From Octopus vulgaris (taxonomy: Eukaryota), in NCBI GenBank assembly GCA_951406725.2, contig OX597821.1, forward strand, positions 73,594,001 through 73,658,000: a stretch of 64,000 nt of DNA, read 5' to 3'. The notes under the pieces are model-generated. The model ran no database searches. It saw only the letters and a list, made by a program, of their open reading frames with translations, and was not told the DNA's origin. The position numbers and the translations under genes are program-made. Shown here piece after piece: positions 14,086 to 28,610 of the stretch. Positions within the stretch are counted from its first letter, which is position 1; each line of letters begins with the position of its first letter.

Positions 14086-16204
14086 TACGATAGGCTTCCG
14101 CAGTTTCCGCCTACCAAATCCACCCGTAAGATGTTGGTCGGCCTGGGGCTATTAGTAGAAAACACTTGACTAAGGCGCCATGCAATGGGACTGAGCTGGA
14201 AACGTTGTGGTTGCAAAGTGAGCTTGTTAACCACCGGGTCATACCTGTGCCTATGTCGATGATGGCAGCGAACTGGCAGACTTGTTAGCCCACCGAACAA
14301 AATGCTTAACGGCGTTTCGTCCGGTCTTTCACGCTGTGAGTTCAAACGCCACCGACTTCGCCTTCTATCCTTTCGAGGGGTCGAGGAAATACGTATCAGC
14401 CAAGCAATTTGACTTAACCCCTACCCCTAACTTGCTAGGCTTGTGCCAAAATTTGAAACCAATATGATGGTGAAATGCAAAACCAGAAAAAAAAAGACCC
14501 CAACAACTCCATTCTTCGAATTAAAATTCTCCATAGTTCTACAGAAAGAAATTCAGCGTTGGAGGAATTGTCTTGTGGTATTAGTTTCGATTCTTAGAGC
14601 TGTCTATTCTTGGATCGTAGATCTTTTATCCGTAAACCAGTTTAGTACCATCATCTGCTCTCTTAAAAGCCTTTGGCAGTGTTCTCTATGTTGCAGGTTG
14701 TCCAGCTACATTTCCGATTTGAGGATGACATCCTCTCTCGTTCCCATTTGCACCGTAGGCATTGAACATTTGATAATGTTAAGGAGGTGGTGCAGCGAAC
14801 AAAATGCTTGGCAGCACTTCTTCCGACCCTTCACGCTCCGAGTTCAAATGACGGGGATGTTGATTTTACCTTTTCTCTTTTAAGAGTAGATAGCATAAAT
14901 ACCAGCTAAGTACTGGGGTCAACGTAATCGACTTATTCCCGCCCTTAAAATTACTGGCCTTGTACCAAAATTGGAAACCGAGAGTGCAGTTTTAGCTACT
15001 CTTTAATACAATATATATGGAAATTTAGACGGAATGGTCACAGATGGATTGTTTGAAGTGAAGCCAACTTAAGACTATATAGTAATATTCATTAACCGTA
15101 TTTAACTTACTAAAAACAACAGCCAGACCTACGTTAAATCAGATCTTGCCTTCTTAAAAGAGGAAGGACACATTCGATAATGTCGTCCTTGGTAGACATT
15201 GGCGAAAAAGAAAAATGGAAGGCTAATGGTTGTCACGTGTTTCATCATGTCTGCTCGATCAGGACTAATTTGATTAATCATCATCATCGCCACTTCCTCC
15301 CCTATCCTCCTCATCACCGCATAATAATCTTCCTCTCCTCCTCTTTATTCTCCCTACCACCACCACCCTCCCTCTCCAGCTCCTCCTCAATGAGACAAAC
15401 AAAGAAACAACCACTGCGGTCTTTAGTATGATGTGTGACACGACCAGACGTGTCAGCTGATGTGTGTGTGTGTGTGTGTGTGTGTTATTTGTCAAATGCC
15501 GCCTTACAAGCGCTACCATCATCAAGGGAGATAACACCAGCTTCCTGCGTGAGATTCTTTTATTCACTGGACATTCCAGACATGACAGAAACTGTGCTAC
15601 GTGGAGTTTGTCACATGATTCTCTTGTGTGTGTCGTCCAGGTCACGTGCCGAAGCACAATTCATGCATGTGTATTTCAATATCATGAAGGCCATAGTGTA
15701 AGGGTTGTATCACGAGTGCCGGGTTTCGAGATCAGCAGCCGAACTGTCAGAGGTCAGAGTGTTTTACGTGCTTCACAAACGTTTTCTGAGATTTTATGAA
15801 AGTCTTATATTATTATTAAATAATGTAATCGTAATAATTGTTTCATTTTAATTCCCACGAAGGTCCATTCATACGAAGAATAAAATAACGATAATAAATT
15901 CTTGAAAATATTCTCTCTTTTTACTCTTTTTCTTGTTTCAGTCATTTGACTGCGGCCATGCTGGAGCACCGCCTTTAGTCGTTAGCGCGCCGGACAAAAT
16001 GCTTAGCGACAGTTCGTTCGCCCTTATATTCTGAGTTCAAATTACACTGAGGCCAACTTTACCTTTCATCCTCTCGGTGTCGATAAAATAAATACCAGTT
16101 GAAAACTGAGGTCGATGTAGCCAATCCGGAAATTGCTGGCCTTGTGCCAAAATTTCTGACTAATATTTTGTACAACTTTATATATAATTAGTTTTCTTTA
16201 TTTC

Positions 16205-16351
16205 TACAGGAATGGTTGTGTTGCAAGTAGCTTGCTTACCAACCACATGGTTCCGGGTTCAGTCCCACTGCGTGGCATCTTTGGCGAGTGTCTTCTATTA
16301 TAGCCTCGGGCCGACCAAAGCCTTGTAGACGGAAACTGAAAGAAGCCTGCC

Positions 16352-16409
<58 letters not shown>

Positions 16410-16596
16410 TTATGTGTCTGTGGTTGTTCCCCCACCATCACTTGACAACTGATGGTGGTATGTTTACATCGCCGTAACTTAGCGGTTCGACACAACAGAC
16501 CGATAGAATAAGTACCAGGCTTATAGAGAATAAGTCCTGGCGTTGAATAAGTCCTGGTCGCAGTCAAATGACTGAAACAAGTAAAAGAATAAAAAA

Positions 16597-16600
<4 letters not shown>
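16205..16600 (+). mobile_element. SINE family B
   Basis: Collinear match. Further partial copies lie near 16715-16910, 16995-17185, 12700-12900, 14085-14250, 28855-29005 and 31130-31300. Confidence 0.8.
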
Positions 16601-16634
<34 letters not shown>

Positions 16635-16653
16635 GTATATGTACATACATACA

Positions 16654-16686
<33 letters not shown>

Positions 16687-17539
16687 GAGTATGTGTGTTT
16701 GTGTATGTGCGCGCGCGTAACTGTGTTTGTCCACCTCCACCGTTTGGTAACCTGTACTGGCTTGTTTACGTCTCCGTGACATAGCGGCTTGGCATAAAGA
16801 CCGTTAGAATAATTCCCAGACTTACAAAAAAGGCACTGGGGCCGATTTGTTGGACTAAAACCCCTTGAAGCTGGTTGCTCAGTACCGCTGCACTCCAACG
16901 ACTGAAACAAAACAAAAACAAAGAAAAACACCAAATTCTCCGACAAACACACGAGTAAACAGTATTTTTTTGAGGAGGGGGTATATTCTTTTGCTCTTTT
17001 ATTCTTTGATTTGTTTCAGTCATTTGACTGCGGCCATGCTGGAGCACCGCCCTTTAGTCAAACAAACCGACCCCAGGCCTTATTCTTTGTGAAGCTTAGT
17101 ACTTATTCTATCGTTCTCTTTTGCCGAACCGCTAAGTTACGGGGACGTAAACACACCAGCATCGGTTGTTAAGCGGTGGTGGGAACGGACGAACGAATGA
17201 ATCGATACTAAGTATTTTTACTAATGATAATTATTTCACCAACGCTTGAAAGAAGATAATTAACATTATAGGGGTTTGAAATGAAAATTAAAGGACCAGA
17301 ATTTTGTCCTTGACTTTAACGCGTCAACCATCAAATGTTTTAAGAACAGTTTCTTGCAGAAACAGCAATCCAAAAATCTTCGGGAAGGAAGCATGAATTA
17401 TATTTGATTCTAATTTTTTTCTTGAGCCCCAGGGACTCAGATGGGGGCCACTTACTCGGTTTACGTAGCGTATAAGTAACCGAGATTATCCTCGTCCCTG
17501 AAGAGGACGCAGGTCCATCGCAGGGTTCACGGCCAGTCG

Positions 17540-17935
17540 TTTTGAGGGGAGGGGCAGGTAAATTATATCGAACTCAGTATTTGACCGGTACTTTATTCAA
17601 TCGACTTCGGTAGGATGAAAGGTAAAATTAGCCATGGCGAAATTTGGACTCCGGGCGTAAACAGCCGGAAGAAATACCTATTTCTTTACTACCCGCAAGG
17701 GGCTAAACATAGAGGGGACAAACAAGGACAGACAAACGGATTAAGTCGATTACATCGACCCCAGTGCGTAACTGGTACTTATTTTAATCGACCCTGAAAT
17801 GCAAAATCGACCTCGCCGGAATTTGAACTCAGAACGTAACGGCATTTCGCCCGGCGTGCTAACGTTTCTGCCAGCTCGCCGCCTTCAAAATACCGGAAGA
17901 AATACCGCTAAGCATTTAGTCCGACGTGCTAATTA
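17540..17935 (-). mobile_element. SINE family A, young copy nested in an older copy with 14-bp TSD
   Basis: CCGGAAGAAATACC at 17665-17678 and 17893-17906. Confidence 0.85.
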
Positions 17936-19046
17936 TTTTCCAAGTCACCTTTTTTTATTGACCCCATTACACGACTGGTATTGTATTCTATCTATGCCGA
18001 AGGATGAAAGACAAAGTTGACCTCGATCACGAGCCGGAATAAACATCACAAGACATTTTGTTCGACGCTCCAGTACCTAACTCATTTCAGAGAATTGTTC
18101 ACCTGAGAATATCGAACACACTACAGCAACGGCGATTATTCCGCAGCATCGGTAGAGCATCGGATAGAATGGTGCGCGATAGTTACCCTGGCTCTCTGCT
18201 CTGTAAGTTCGAACCAAGGCTAATTTACTTTTCATGTTTTTCTGAAATAGATAAAGTAACCAGCGAAATACTGGGGGTAGATTTAACCCCAGTTTTCTTG
18301 ATTCGGATTCAACTCCTTGAAAAAGGAGCATTCGAAATGCGGCCCCACCAGTCTCTTCATCCCGACATTGTGGATACAACTAAAAAGAAAGACTGGTGAC
18401 TATTTTATAGATGAGAGAGAGAGAGAGAGAGAGAGAGAAAGAAGAGAAGGGAAGTCGATCACAGCGGGATTTGAACTCAGAACGTAAAGAGATATGATCA
18501 AATATCACAACCGCGCCACCGATTCTGTCATAATGTTTACTAAACATAGGCACACGGCCAAATATTTTTGGACGAGGGTAATAGTGCTTTTAAATGCTAA
18601 TAATGTTGATAATAATAGTATATCCAAGTAATGATGACGGAGTGTGCGCGCGCGTGGATGTGCGCATGCGTGTGTACGTGTGTCACACATCGGCGCTCGT
18701 GGATCATTATTAACTACTTGACACGTTGTATTTTTTAAACTTTTTTTATAGCCATCCTGTCACTTATTGTCTGAATTGCTATTTGATTGAAGAAACTCCC
18801 CTCTCTCTATCCCCCTCACTCAGTGTATAGACGTGTGTGTGTGTGTGTGTGTTTGACATCTCACTCTAGCCAAAGTCTCTCACATGCTTTTCCCATCAGT
18901 CAAAGGAAACGGTCGTCCAGTAAAAGAGATGCCAATTCTGAAGGTTGACGATGATGGTGATAATGATTGATTGAGTGATGATGATGATGATGATATAGGT
19001 GCTGCTGCTGATAATGTAGCTGATGAAGAGGACAATGGTGAGACAG

Positions 19047-19099
<53 letters not shown>

Positions 19100-19438
19100 C
19101 ATCTCAAATTTTGGCACAAGGCCAGCAATTTCAGGGAAACGAAAAAGTTGACCATGTCGACCCCTGTGCTCAACTGTTACCAACTCCATCGACCCCGAAA
19201 GGATGACAGGTAAAGTCCACCACGGCGGAATTTGACCTCAGCTGAGGTTGATTATTATTATTATTATTGATTTGACCCAGCTTCATTCTTATTCCTAGCA
19301 GGATTTATGTGGATAGCGAGTTACTACCATTAACCTTAGGTACCCACAAGCTTTCTATCGTCTTTCACGTGTCCTTAAGCTCTACAGGACATTCTATTTC
19401 AATATCCTTCGACAGTTTGTCTAAATCTTTACTTACGT

Positions 19439-19498
<60 letters not shown>

Positions 19499-19514
19499 TA
19501 TTATTATTATTATT

Positions 19515-20340
19515 ATATGATAACTCACAGATTATTTTGCTGGGTACGAATGAAAGAGTCAGTTGTCCACAACCAGCAGACTAAGGTGACACTTGTTTAC
19601 TGGTCATGCTTCAAGAACCCTGTGAAGTATTCTTGTAATTCCAAGCAATGCTGATTTCTATAGGTGTTCTACCTTCACTCTTGCACCGATCTGTTTCAGC
19701 CATCTTGGTAGTTGAGTGGTGATACTTCGTAATTCCTACTTTAAATCGTCTCATAGTTGTTCATTTTTACTTCTTCTTTCATCCTGTTCTCCCCGGGGCA
19801 TGCAATGTCGATTATTATACATGTTCTTTCTTTTTTATTACCACAACAATGTCCGGTTTCTTATCTCTGATTAGGTGATCCCACATGATTTTGCAGTTTT
19901 CCTTTTCGGCGTCTTTTGTACTCGCGTTGAGCCAGTTTTGGGCATTCGCTAACGATATGCCATACCGTTTCACCCCTCTCACTACACATTCTGCATTTGT
20001 CGCTATCGCTAGTGTTGTCTATTCTGCACTTCATATAATTGATCCTTAACGCTTGTTCCTGAGCGGCGCATATGACTGTATCTGTCTGCTATCTTCAGGT
20101 CACTCCTCCTCATCCATAGCCACTGGTCCTCTGTATCTGTCTTGGCTGTCACATCTCTTGTAAACTGACCGTACACTTTTTTTCCTTCCATGCTTTCTCT
20201 TTTTTTTTGTCTATTCCTTGTTTAAATTTTTCTTTAGTTACACAACTTTTCAGTTCTGATGACGCCAGCCCTCGTGTGTTTCAATAGTGGCTCCACGGCT
20301 TTTTTTAATATATCACACTAAGCTGTTTTCCTCTGCTTCG
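19515..20340 (-). mobile_element. R4/Dong-clade LINE 3' fragment, third family
   Basis: Minus strand gives VYGQFTRD..QWLWMRRSDLK, AQEQALR, CRMC, ETVWHIVSECPKLAQ, IMWDH and KPDIVVV..IIDIACPG. The 3' end runs into (TAA)n on its own strand (19498-19514). Confidence 0.8.
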
Positions 20341-20345
20341 ACGAA

Positions 20346-20760
20346 GGCGGCGAGCTGGCAGAATCGTTAGCACGCCGGGCGAAATGCTTAGCAGTATTTC
20401 GTGTGTCTTTACGACTTTGCCTTTCATCCTTTCGGGGTCAATAAATAAAGTACAAGTTATGCACTGGGATCGATGAAATCGACTTAATCCCTTTGTCTGT
20501 CCTTGCTTGTTCCCTTTATGTTTAGCCCCTTGTGGGCAATAAAGAAATATGAATCGTTAGCATGCCGGGCGAAATGCTTCCCGGTATTTCGTCTGCAGCT
20601 ACGTTCTGAGTTCAAATTCCGCTGAGGTCGACTTTGACTTTCATCCTTTCGGGGTCGATAAAATAAGTACCAGGGGAACACTGAGGTCGATATAATCGAC
20701 TTAACTCCTCCCCCATAATTGTCGCCCTTGTGGCAAAATTTGAAACCATTATTATTATTA
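20346..20760 (+). mobile_element. SINE family A, two joined copies
   Basis: Two heads (20346 and ~20550). Ends TTGTGGCAAAATTTGAAACC(ATT)n. Confidence 0.85.
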
Positions 20761-20994
20761 TCATTAATGATTATTAAAATCATGGCGGTGGCAATGGTGA
20801 TGGTATTTAATTATTTACGAAGTCTAAGTTAATGTCTGTAAGTACCAGAAGTCACTATTATAGTTGCGATACCGCTGTTGTTGGTTTGATTGTTATTTTC
20901 ATCGTCCTTCAGTCCCCAGGGCAAACCTGACCCAGTCAGCCTATGTTCACGCTTGTTTAGAGATATATAAGACACCTCCATCTAATTATCCTTT

Positions 20995-21343
20995 CTATTA
21001 CAAGCACAAGGCCTGGAAATTTTGGTGAAAGGGAGAGTCAATTGTATCAACTCCAGTACTCAAAAAGATGAAAGGCAGAGCTGGCCTCAGCGGAACCTGA
21101 ACTCAGAACGTAAAGACAAAAGAAATATCTTTTTCTACTCTAGGCACAAGGCCCGAAACTTTTGGGAAGAGGGCTAGTCGATTAGATCGACCCTAGTAAA
21201 CTACCGGTACTTAATTTATCGACCCCGAAAGGATGAAAGGCAAAGTCGACCTCGGCGGAATTTGAACTCTGAACGTAATGACAGACGAAATATCACTAAG
21301 CATTTTGTTCGATGCGCAACCGATTTTACCAGCACGGCGCCTT
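20995..21343 (-). mobile_element. SINE family A, young copy nested in an older copy
   Basis: GAAATATC is duplicated at 21122-29 and 21287-94. Confidence 0.8.
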
Positions 21344-21974
21344 ACTCGATTAATCTAATCATATGTTCTTTACTTATGCAACACACTAAGCAGGAAGTGA
21401 TTTGAGGGAGATTTCGTTACAACTTCTAGCAGCTCGAGCAACCATGCCGAGGGCTCCATCGTTGGCACGTTTGTTCGGATCAGTTATATCATTTATCATC
21501 TTTTTTCTTTACTGCGACAATAACAGCAGCAACAACAACAGCAAATATAGCAGCCGTACAATATGTCAAAATATTGAAATACAGAACCAAAAAAAAAAAA
21601 AAAAAATTGATAAAAACAAACAGTAACAAAAACAAGAAACATGCCAAAAGACAAATAAACAAATAAAAAAAAATACGGAAGAATCAAAATGGCTACCCCG
21701 TTCGAAAAATGAAGCAAACAATAAAACAACAAATAAGATTCGGTCATCAGGCTATGATGTTGGTGCATTGATGATGATAGTGACTGCATCACACTGGCCC
21801 CAGCAGACAAACACACGCGAAACTCTAGGAACCAGAGTTGGTTCTAATTATAAACATGTCATGTGATCAGAGGAGCAAATAAGCAGCAAATAAATATGAC
21901 TTCTCATCTTCTTCTGTACGATGAGAGTTGTTGGATTGAATGATCATAACCAGACTATACACACATACATACAC

Positions 21975-22054
<80 letters not shown>

Positions 22055-22099
22055 ATGCATGTGTGTGTATGTATATATATATATATATATCTACTCTCT

Positions 22100-22323
22100 C
22101 TTTTTTACTCTTTTACTTGTTTCAGTCATTTGACTGTGGCCATGCTGGAGCACCACCTTTAGTCGAGCAAATCGACCCCAGGACTTATTCTTTGTAAGTC
22201 TAGTACTTATTCTATCGGTCTTTTTTGCCGAATCGCTAAGTTACGGCGACGTAAACACACCAGCATCGGTTGTCAAGCAATGTTAGGGGGAGGGAACACA
22301 GACACACAAACATATACACGCAT

Positions 22324-22377
<54 letters not shown>

Positions 22378-22527
22378 TTCAGTTTCCGTCTACCAAATCC
22401 ACTCACAAGGCTTTGGTCGGCCCGAGGCTATAGAAGAAGACACTTACCTAAGGTGCCACGCTGTGGGACTGAATCCGGAACAATGTGGTTGGTAAGCAAG
22501 CTACTTACCATACTTCCACTCCTGCGT
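22100..22527 (-). mobile_element. SINE family B
   Basis: Reverse-complement match to family B. Confidence 0.85.
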
Positions 22528-23826
22528 CATACATATGTACTTATGTATGTATGTATGTTCTCTTCTAATATTTAACTATTTGTAGTCTTCCTGTAAGGAA
22601 CGATCTGCTTTCTAACAAAGATACAAAGTTCCACCGTTCAAATGTAAATAGCAAAAACAATGTCATCTTTTGAACCTGAGATAAACCTCGCACATTTTTA
22701 TTGTTTCGCATACAAACTTTATTCGTATCGTGCTGGTTGATTTCTTTGCCTAAAAACCTCAGCTTTTCTAGATTGCCACTTCTGCACTTTTCTGTTTTAT
22801 ATGCTACATAGCCGGGTTCAGACGACAGGCCTGAGGTGCTATGGTGACGATGTCATTGATGTGTCTTCACTTGGCCCTCGTCTGCATCCATTTTGGGTAT
22901 TTCCGTACATTATCTTGTCCCCAACTTTGTTTTCTGCAGTTTTAAATTATGCTTCATTCATTTGGCATAAATATTTGCCATGGATTTTTGTAAGACCCAA
23001 ATGAAAAGAGTATCGGCACTTTGAATTCACAGAACAATTAAACAGCGTAGCATAATAATGAGATTACAGACGCACTAATTCTTAATTACCAGATCGATAA
23101 GAACAAAATAGCTTATGTATAGCTGTTTCCATTTATGTATTTATATATGTATGTATATATTACAAACATGCATATATATATATATAATATATGTGTGTGT
23201 GTGTGTGTATACAGTTCTTTGTTACTATATAGGGAAAACAATGTAATAAAGACATAGGTTTTATTTATTCATCAATGCCATGAGATGATGCGGAACATAA
23301 TATAATAAATGACCCACATCTGATGCCTTCCAGTAACTTTACTCGTCGTCAAAGAGATTGACATTTCGCACAAACACTCGTGTGTCACAGACGAATCGAA
23401 ATTAAATAAAGTTTCTTTCACATGCAGAGTTTTAAGTTGAAAAATATTCTAAAGAGATATACAAGCATAGTATTTGTGCATATCCAAGCTGGTGTATGTA
23501 TGTATGCATGGGTATGTATGTACAGATGTATGCATGTATTATGTGTATACATATGTGTGTATGAAACATATCTATGTACGTATGTATATATAGAGACAGA
23601 AAGATAAAAAGATTGAGCGAGGTTGAGAGAAAAAGAGAGACAGATATGTGTGTTAGTGTGTGTGTGTGTATGAATAACTATATATTTTTCTGTATGCATC
23701 TATACATTCATACATACACACAGATATACATGTACAAATTCAAGTTGCATAAAATTTTCAAAAAATAGACAATACATGTGTGTGTGCGTGAGTGCATATA
23801 TATATATATATATGCGTGTGTGTATG

Positions 23827-23882
<56 letters not shown>

Positions 23883-24135
23883 CATACATACATATATACG
23901 TCTATGTGTATATTCATATAATGTATGCTGATTTGCTAAGTTGGGCTGTGTAATAATAGTGACTGCTCGGGCGAATGACTTGTGCTATGCGATAATGGTG
24001 ACTATTCATAGCAATGGCTTCTCGTCAATATATCCAAGCTGGCATACAAAGAACACAACAGCACATTCAGTCTATAGTTTCACTTTTAATTCTAACAATT
24101 TCCCCTCCCCACTCACATTCATTCGCACACACTAG

Positions 24136-24183
<48 letters not shown>

Positions 24184-24330
24184 TTCTTTCTCTTTCTCTC
24201 TCTCTCTCGCATAGGTTCTCTTTTCTTTACACACTCGATTTCTCTCCCTTTAAAGTCCATCCATATCAAAGCCAAAGGGAGAAATATAAACGAAACAATG
24301 AAACAATACGAACACAATATAACGAAATAT

Positions 24331-24368
<38 letters not shown>

Positions 24369-24687
24369 CAAGCAAACAGCAGCAGCAGCAACAACAACAA
24401 GATTATACACGATTATTCAAAAATGGTGAGTGTCACGTGATGATACGAAGCTACGATCAGGAGCGATAGAACGTTGAAGAAAATAAAGTTTCCGTCTAAC
24501 TGCAAAACTAAAATGGTTATTAATAATATGCTTTTATTAAATTGTTCCATACAAACTTTAAAAAAATAGGAAATTGTTCGTGTATTTAAATAAGAGGTCC
24601 ATTTTCTTACATATCTATTTATTTACTTTTGAGATTTATTTGTTTTTAGAAATTTAAGTATATAATTTCTATATTTTAGAAATTTAA

Positions 24688-24712
24688 GTGTATATATATA
24701 TAAGTATATATG

Positions 24713-24801
<89 letters not shown>

Positions 24802-24867
24802 GTATATATATATATATGTATATATATATTATATATGTATATATATATATATATGTATATATATGTA

Positions 24868-24914
<47 letters not shown>

Positions 24915-25120
24915 GATATGTATATGTATGTATATATATATATGTATGTATATGTATATATATATATATGTATGTATATGTATGTATATGTATATATATA
25001 TATATATCTGTGTATATATATATATATATGTATGTATATATTTACATGCACACACATACATATCTATTACGTATGTATGTATGCATGTATATAGGTACAT
25101 CCATACATATACGCACACAT
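24688..25120. repeat. (TA)n-rich microsatellite
   Basis: Direct inspection. Confidence 0.95.
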
Positions 25121-25550
25121 GCATTTAAAGAGAGGCAGACAAAGTTAGAGAATAAGAATGAAAAAAAGAAGAAGAAAAGACCAGTGGAAGAATGTGAATG
25201 AGAAAATTGAAAATAATGTAAAAATACTTCAGTAGGATTCATTCGGAAAACATTTTTTGCCAAATTTTTAATGTCCTGCGAAAGCGCTGTCAGAGTAGAC
25301 ACAGAGATTACTCTCCCCTTGGACCTCCCTCTTCACAAAAGAGAGAACAAATGTGTAATACAATAGAACATCGGAATAAACAATGTTGAGCATTAGAAAT
25401 AATGTTTTGTTTAACAATATCATGGATGTTTTTGTTCTATGTAGTGTTTAGTGGATGTTAATAAATAGCTGAAGTATATTCTGAAAAAGAATTTATCATA
25501 AAATAACTCGAAGTGTGTAGTTTTCTCTGTTTTTTGATTATTTGAAAGTG

Positions 25551-25590
<40 letters not shown>

Positions 25591-25754
25591 ATTTTGTTCT
25601 AGTCTTAGTTTTCAAATTTCTCACCAATAAATAGAGAGCCAGCCTTCAACCGCAAAACATGGCTAAACTAAAAGAGCGGTCAGTCATCTATTTATGTTTG
25701 TTAACGTAGGTATGTATGGCGTTATGTCTGGGAGTCATGAGGCTTTAACTTATC

Positions 25755-25890
<136 letters not shown>

Positions 25891-25969
25891 TCTATATATC
25901 TCTATCTCTGCCTGTCTTCTCTCACTGCGTTTTAAATTCATTCTCTCTTCCTTTTTCCCCCTCTTATTG

Positions 25970-26005
25970 CTTTCTGTTGAAGAGCGTAGGCTCGAAACGT
26001 AAAAG
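25970..26005 (+). ncRNA. Hammerhead-like motif with A6U core change
   Basis: CUUU / CUGUUGA-A / GAGC-GUAG-GCUC / GAAA / C-GUA / AAAG. Same repeat family as 43866-43901. Confidence 0.5.
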
Positions 26006-26101
26006 ACTTTTCCATTTTTCCCGAGCGTCAAACTAATACAATTGCTTGTTGTTCCTACACCTGTCTTCGTCTTTCATAGTTCTATAAATTTGATCTCTCT
26101 C

Positions 26102-26132
<31 letters not shown>

Positions 26133-26151
26133 ATGCCAGTATGTCTGTCTG

Positions 26152-26190
<39 letters not shown>

Positions 26191-26257
26191 GTCCACAACG
26201 TGTATGGAACACTCTTTTCTCATTCGACATAAAACAACGTATATATATGTGTGTATA

Positions 26258-26316
<59 letters not shown>

Positions 26317-26468
26317 ATGCATGTATATATATGTATGCAAGCATATATGTATATATATATATATATATGTATGTATGCATATGTATGTATATATATATGC
26401 ATATATATATCTATGTATATATGTATGTGTATATATATAAGAGCATGCATACATATAGTGAGGGAGTG

Positions 26469-26534
<66 letters not shown>

Positions 26535-26968
26535 TAGAGAGAGAGAGAGAGAGAGATGACATAATAAAGAGGACGACTGACAAGCAAGATGTTGTTAAGA
26601 GAGAAAGTGGAAGAGCGGGAGGGAAAAGGGAAGTAAGTGAGATGAAGTGCTAAAGCGACAACTTACATCGTCACAATGTCAGACATTTACTAAACGATCA
26701 TTATTATGTTCAATATCATCGAACTCAGTACAGATTGGTATCCATTTTATCACAGTGGAAATATGAAAGTAATTTTTGTTTCACTGCCTCATGCGACTGT
26801 GAACAATGTCGTCATTGGACGTGAGAATTGGATGGAAATATCGTCAAAGAATGCGATTGAATACTTCGTTACAGCTGGTTTGGTGCTCGGTCAGACGTCC
26901 ATTCCGAGTTAAGTAAAATGAAGAGAGAAGGAAACTTGAGACGGGGACGGACATACACACACGCACTC

Positions 26969-27015
<47 letters not shown>

Positions 27016-27271
27016 TGTACATACACGCACGCTCACGTAAACGCATACACACACATACACGCAAACACATACACATACAGACACGCAAACACACATACGC
27101 ACACGCAAGCAGACACACTCACGCACACACATACACATATACACATGTCAGCCTGAAGTTACAGTAGAAAACACTTGTAGAAGAGAAATGTGATTTCAGA
27201 TTGATCTGTATAGATTCTGGCTGAAATTTATTAGACAGAAACATATGAAGACAAGTGTGTGTGTGGGTTTA

Positions 27272-27331
<60 letters not shown>

Positions 27332-28007
27332 AGGGAGGGTGAGAGAGAGAGAGAGAAGGAGGGAGGGTGAGAGAGTGCGTGTGTACCAAACTGTTCTAGG
27401 AAAATATTTCTGAACAGAATCTCCAGAGTGACCCATTGAGGACTTTAGAACGAGATATATCTTAAAATCAACATTATATCGCAGTACTTCATTTCGATCA
27501 GTTGAACAAAATGAAATATTCTTCTGTTATGTTTATACTTTCTAAATGCTCCCAGTTTTCAAGGACATAATTCAGTCTTGGTATAAAATATGCTTATTTC
27601 AATACCAGTACTTGGAGTTGTTTCAGATTCAATTAATCCACGAAGCATCACATTAGTCTTTGTCGTTCTTTACACTTCTTATGACACTCTCGGTTATATC
27701 CAGCTCAGTAATGCCTTCCTGAGAGCTGTTTTAACCATAGTACCAAGTATAGGCGAAATTTATACCCGTTGCCAAATACTGCAGCAAATATTATGTTCTG
27801 TGCATAAAGAAAAGATATTCGAACTTTTTTTTTTATTAAACTTCAACGTTCGGGATGGTATGTATGTATAAATTTTGCTAAATTCAATTTTTTCCACTTT
27901 GTCTCGGTTAAATGAAGTTTTGCTTATGGCTTTAAACGTCACGGTAACCAAAACAGCAGTTTGGTTCCAGTATAATCTTTAAATATAAATCTGATAGATA
28001 TATATAT

Positions 28008-28405
28008 ACTCTTTTACTTGTTTCAGTCATTTGACTGTGGCCATACTGGAGCACCATCTTTAGTCGAGCAAATCGACCCCACGACTTATTCTTTGTAAGC
28101 CTAGTACTTATTCTATCGGTCCCGAACCGCTAAGTTACGGGGACGTAAACACACCAGCATCGGTTGACAAGCGATGTTGTTGGTGACAAGCACAGACAGA
28201 CACACAAACATACATATATATATATATATATTATATATATATATATACGACGGGCTTCTTTCAGTTTCCGTCTACCAAATCCACTCACATGGCTTTGGTC
28301 GGTCCGAGGCTATAGTAGAAGACACTTGCTCAAAGTGCCACGCAGTGGGACTGAACCCGGAACCATGTGGTTCGTAAGCAAGCTACTTACCACACAGCCA
28401 CTCCA
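28008..28405 (-). mobile_element. SINE family B
   Basis: Reverse-complement match. Shares the same short internal deletion (tatcggtcccgaacc) with 35085-35478. Confidence 0.85.
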
Positions 28406-28410
28406 CTATA

Positions 28411-28610
28411 TATAAGTTTTACAAATTTGGGATATTTACCAATAAATAAGCAACTCCTATTTCCGGATAACCTCATGGTATGGTATACGCAGAGAAAATA
28501 AAATAAATAAAATAACATAAAATTTTCTCTGCGTATACCATACCATGAGGTTATCCGGAAATAGGAGTTGCTTATCTATTGGTAAATATCCCAAATTTGT
28601 AAAAATTATA
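28411..28610. repeat. Near-perfect 89-bp inverted repeat (fold-back)
   Basis: 28411-28499 vs 28522-28610 with about 2 mismatches and a 22-nt A-rich spacer. Confidence 0.92.

Noticed and set aside
14443-14883. 146-aa ORF
   Set aside because: Begins and ends inside SINE-A copies with no domain. The middle may be a decayed LINE piece but could not be assigned.
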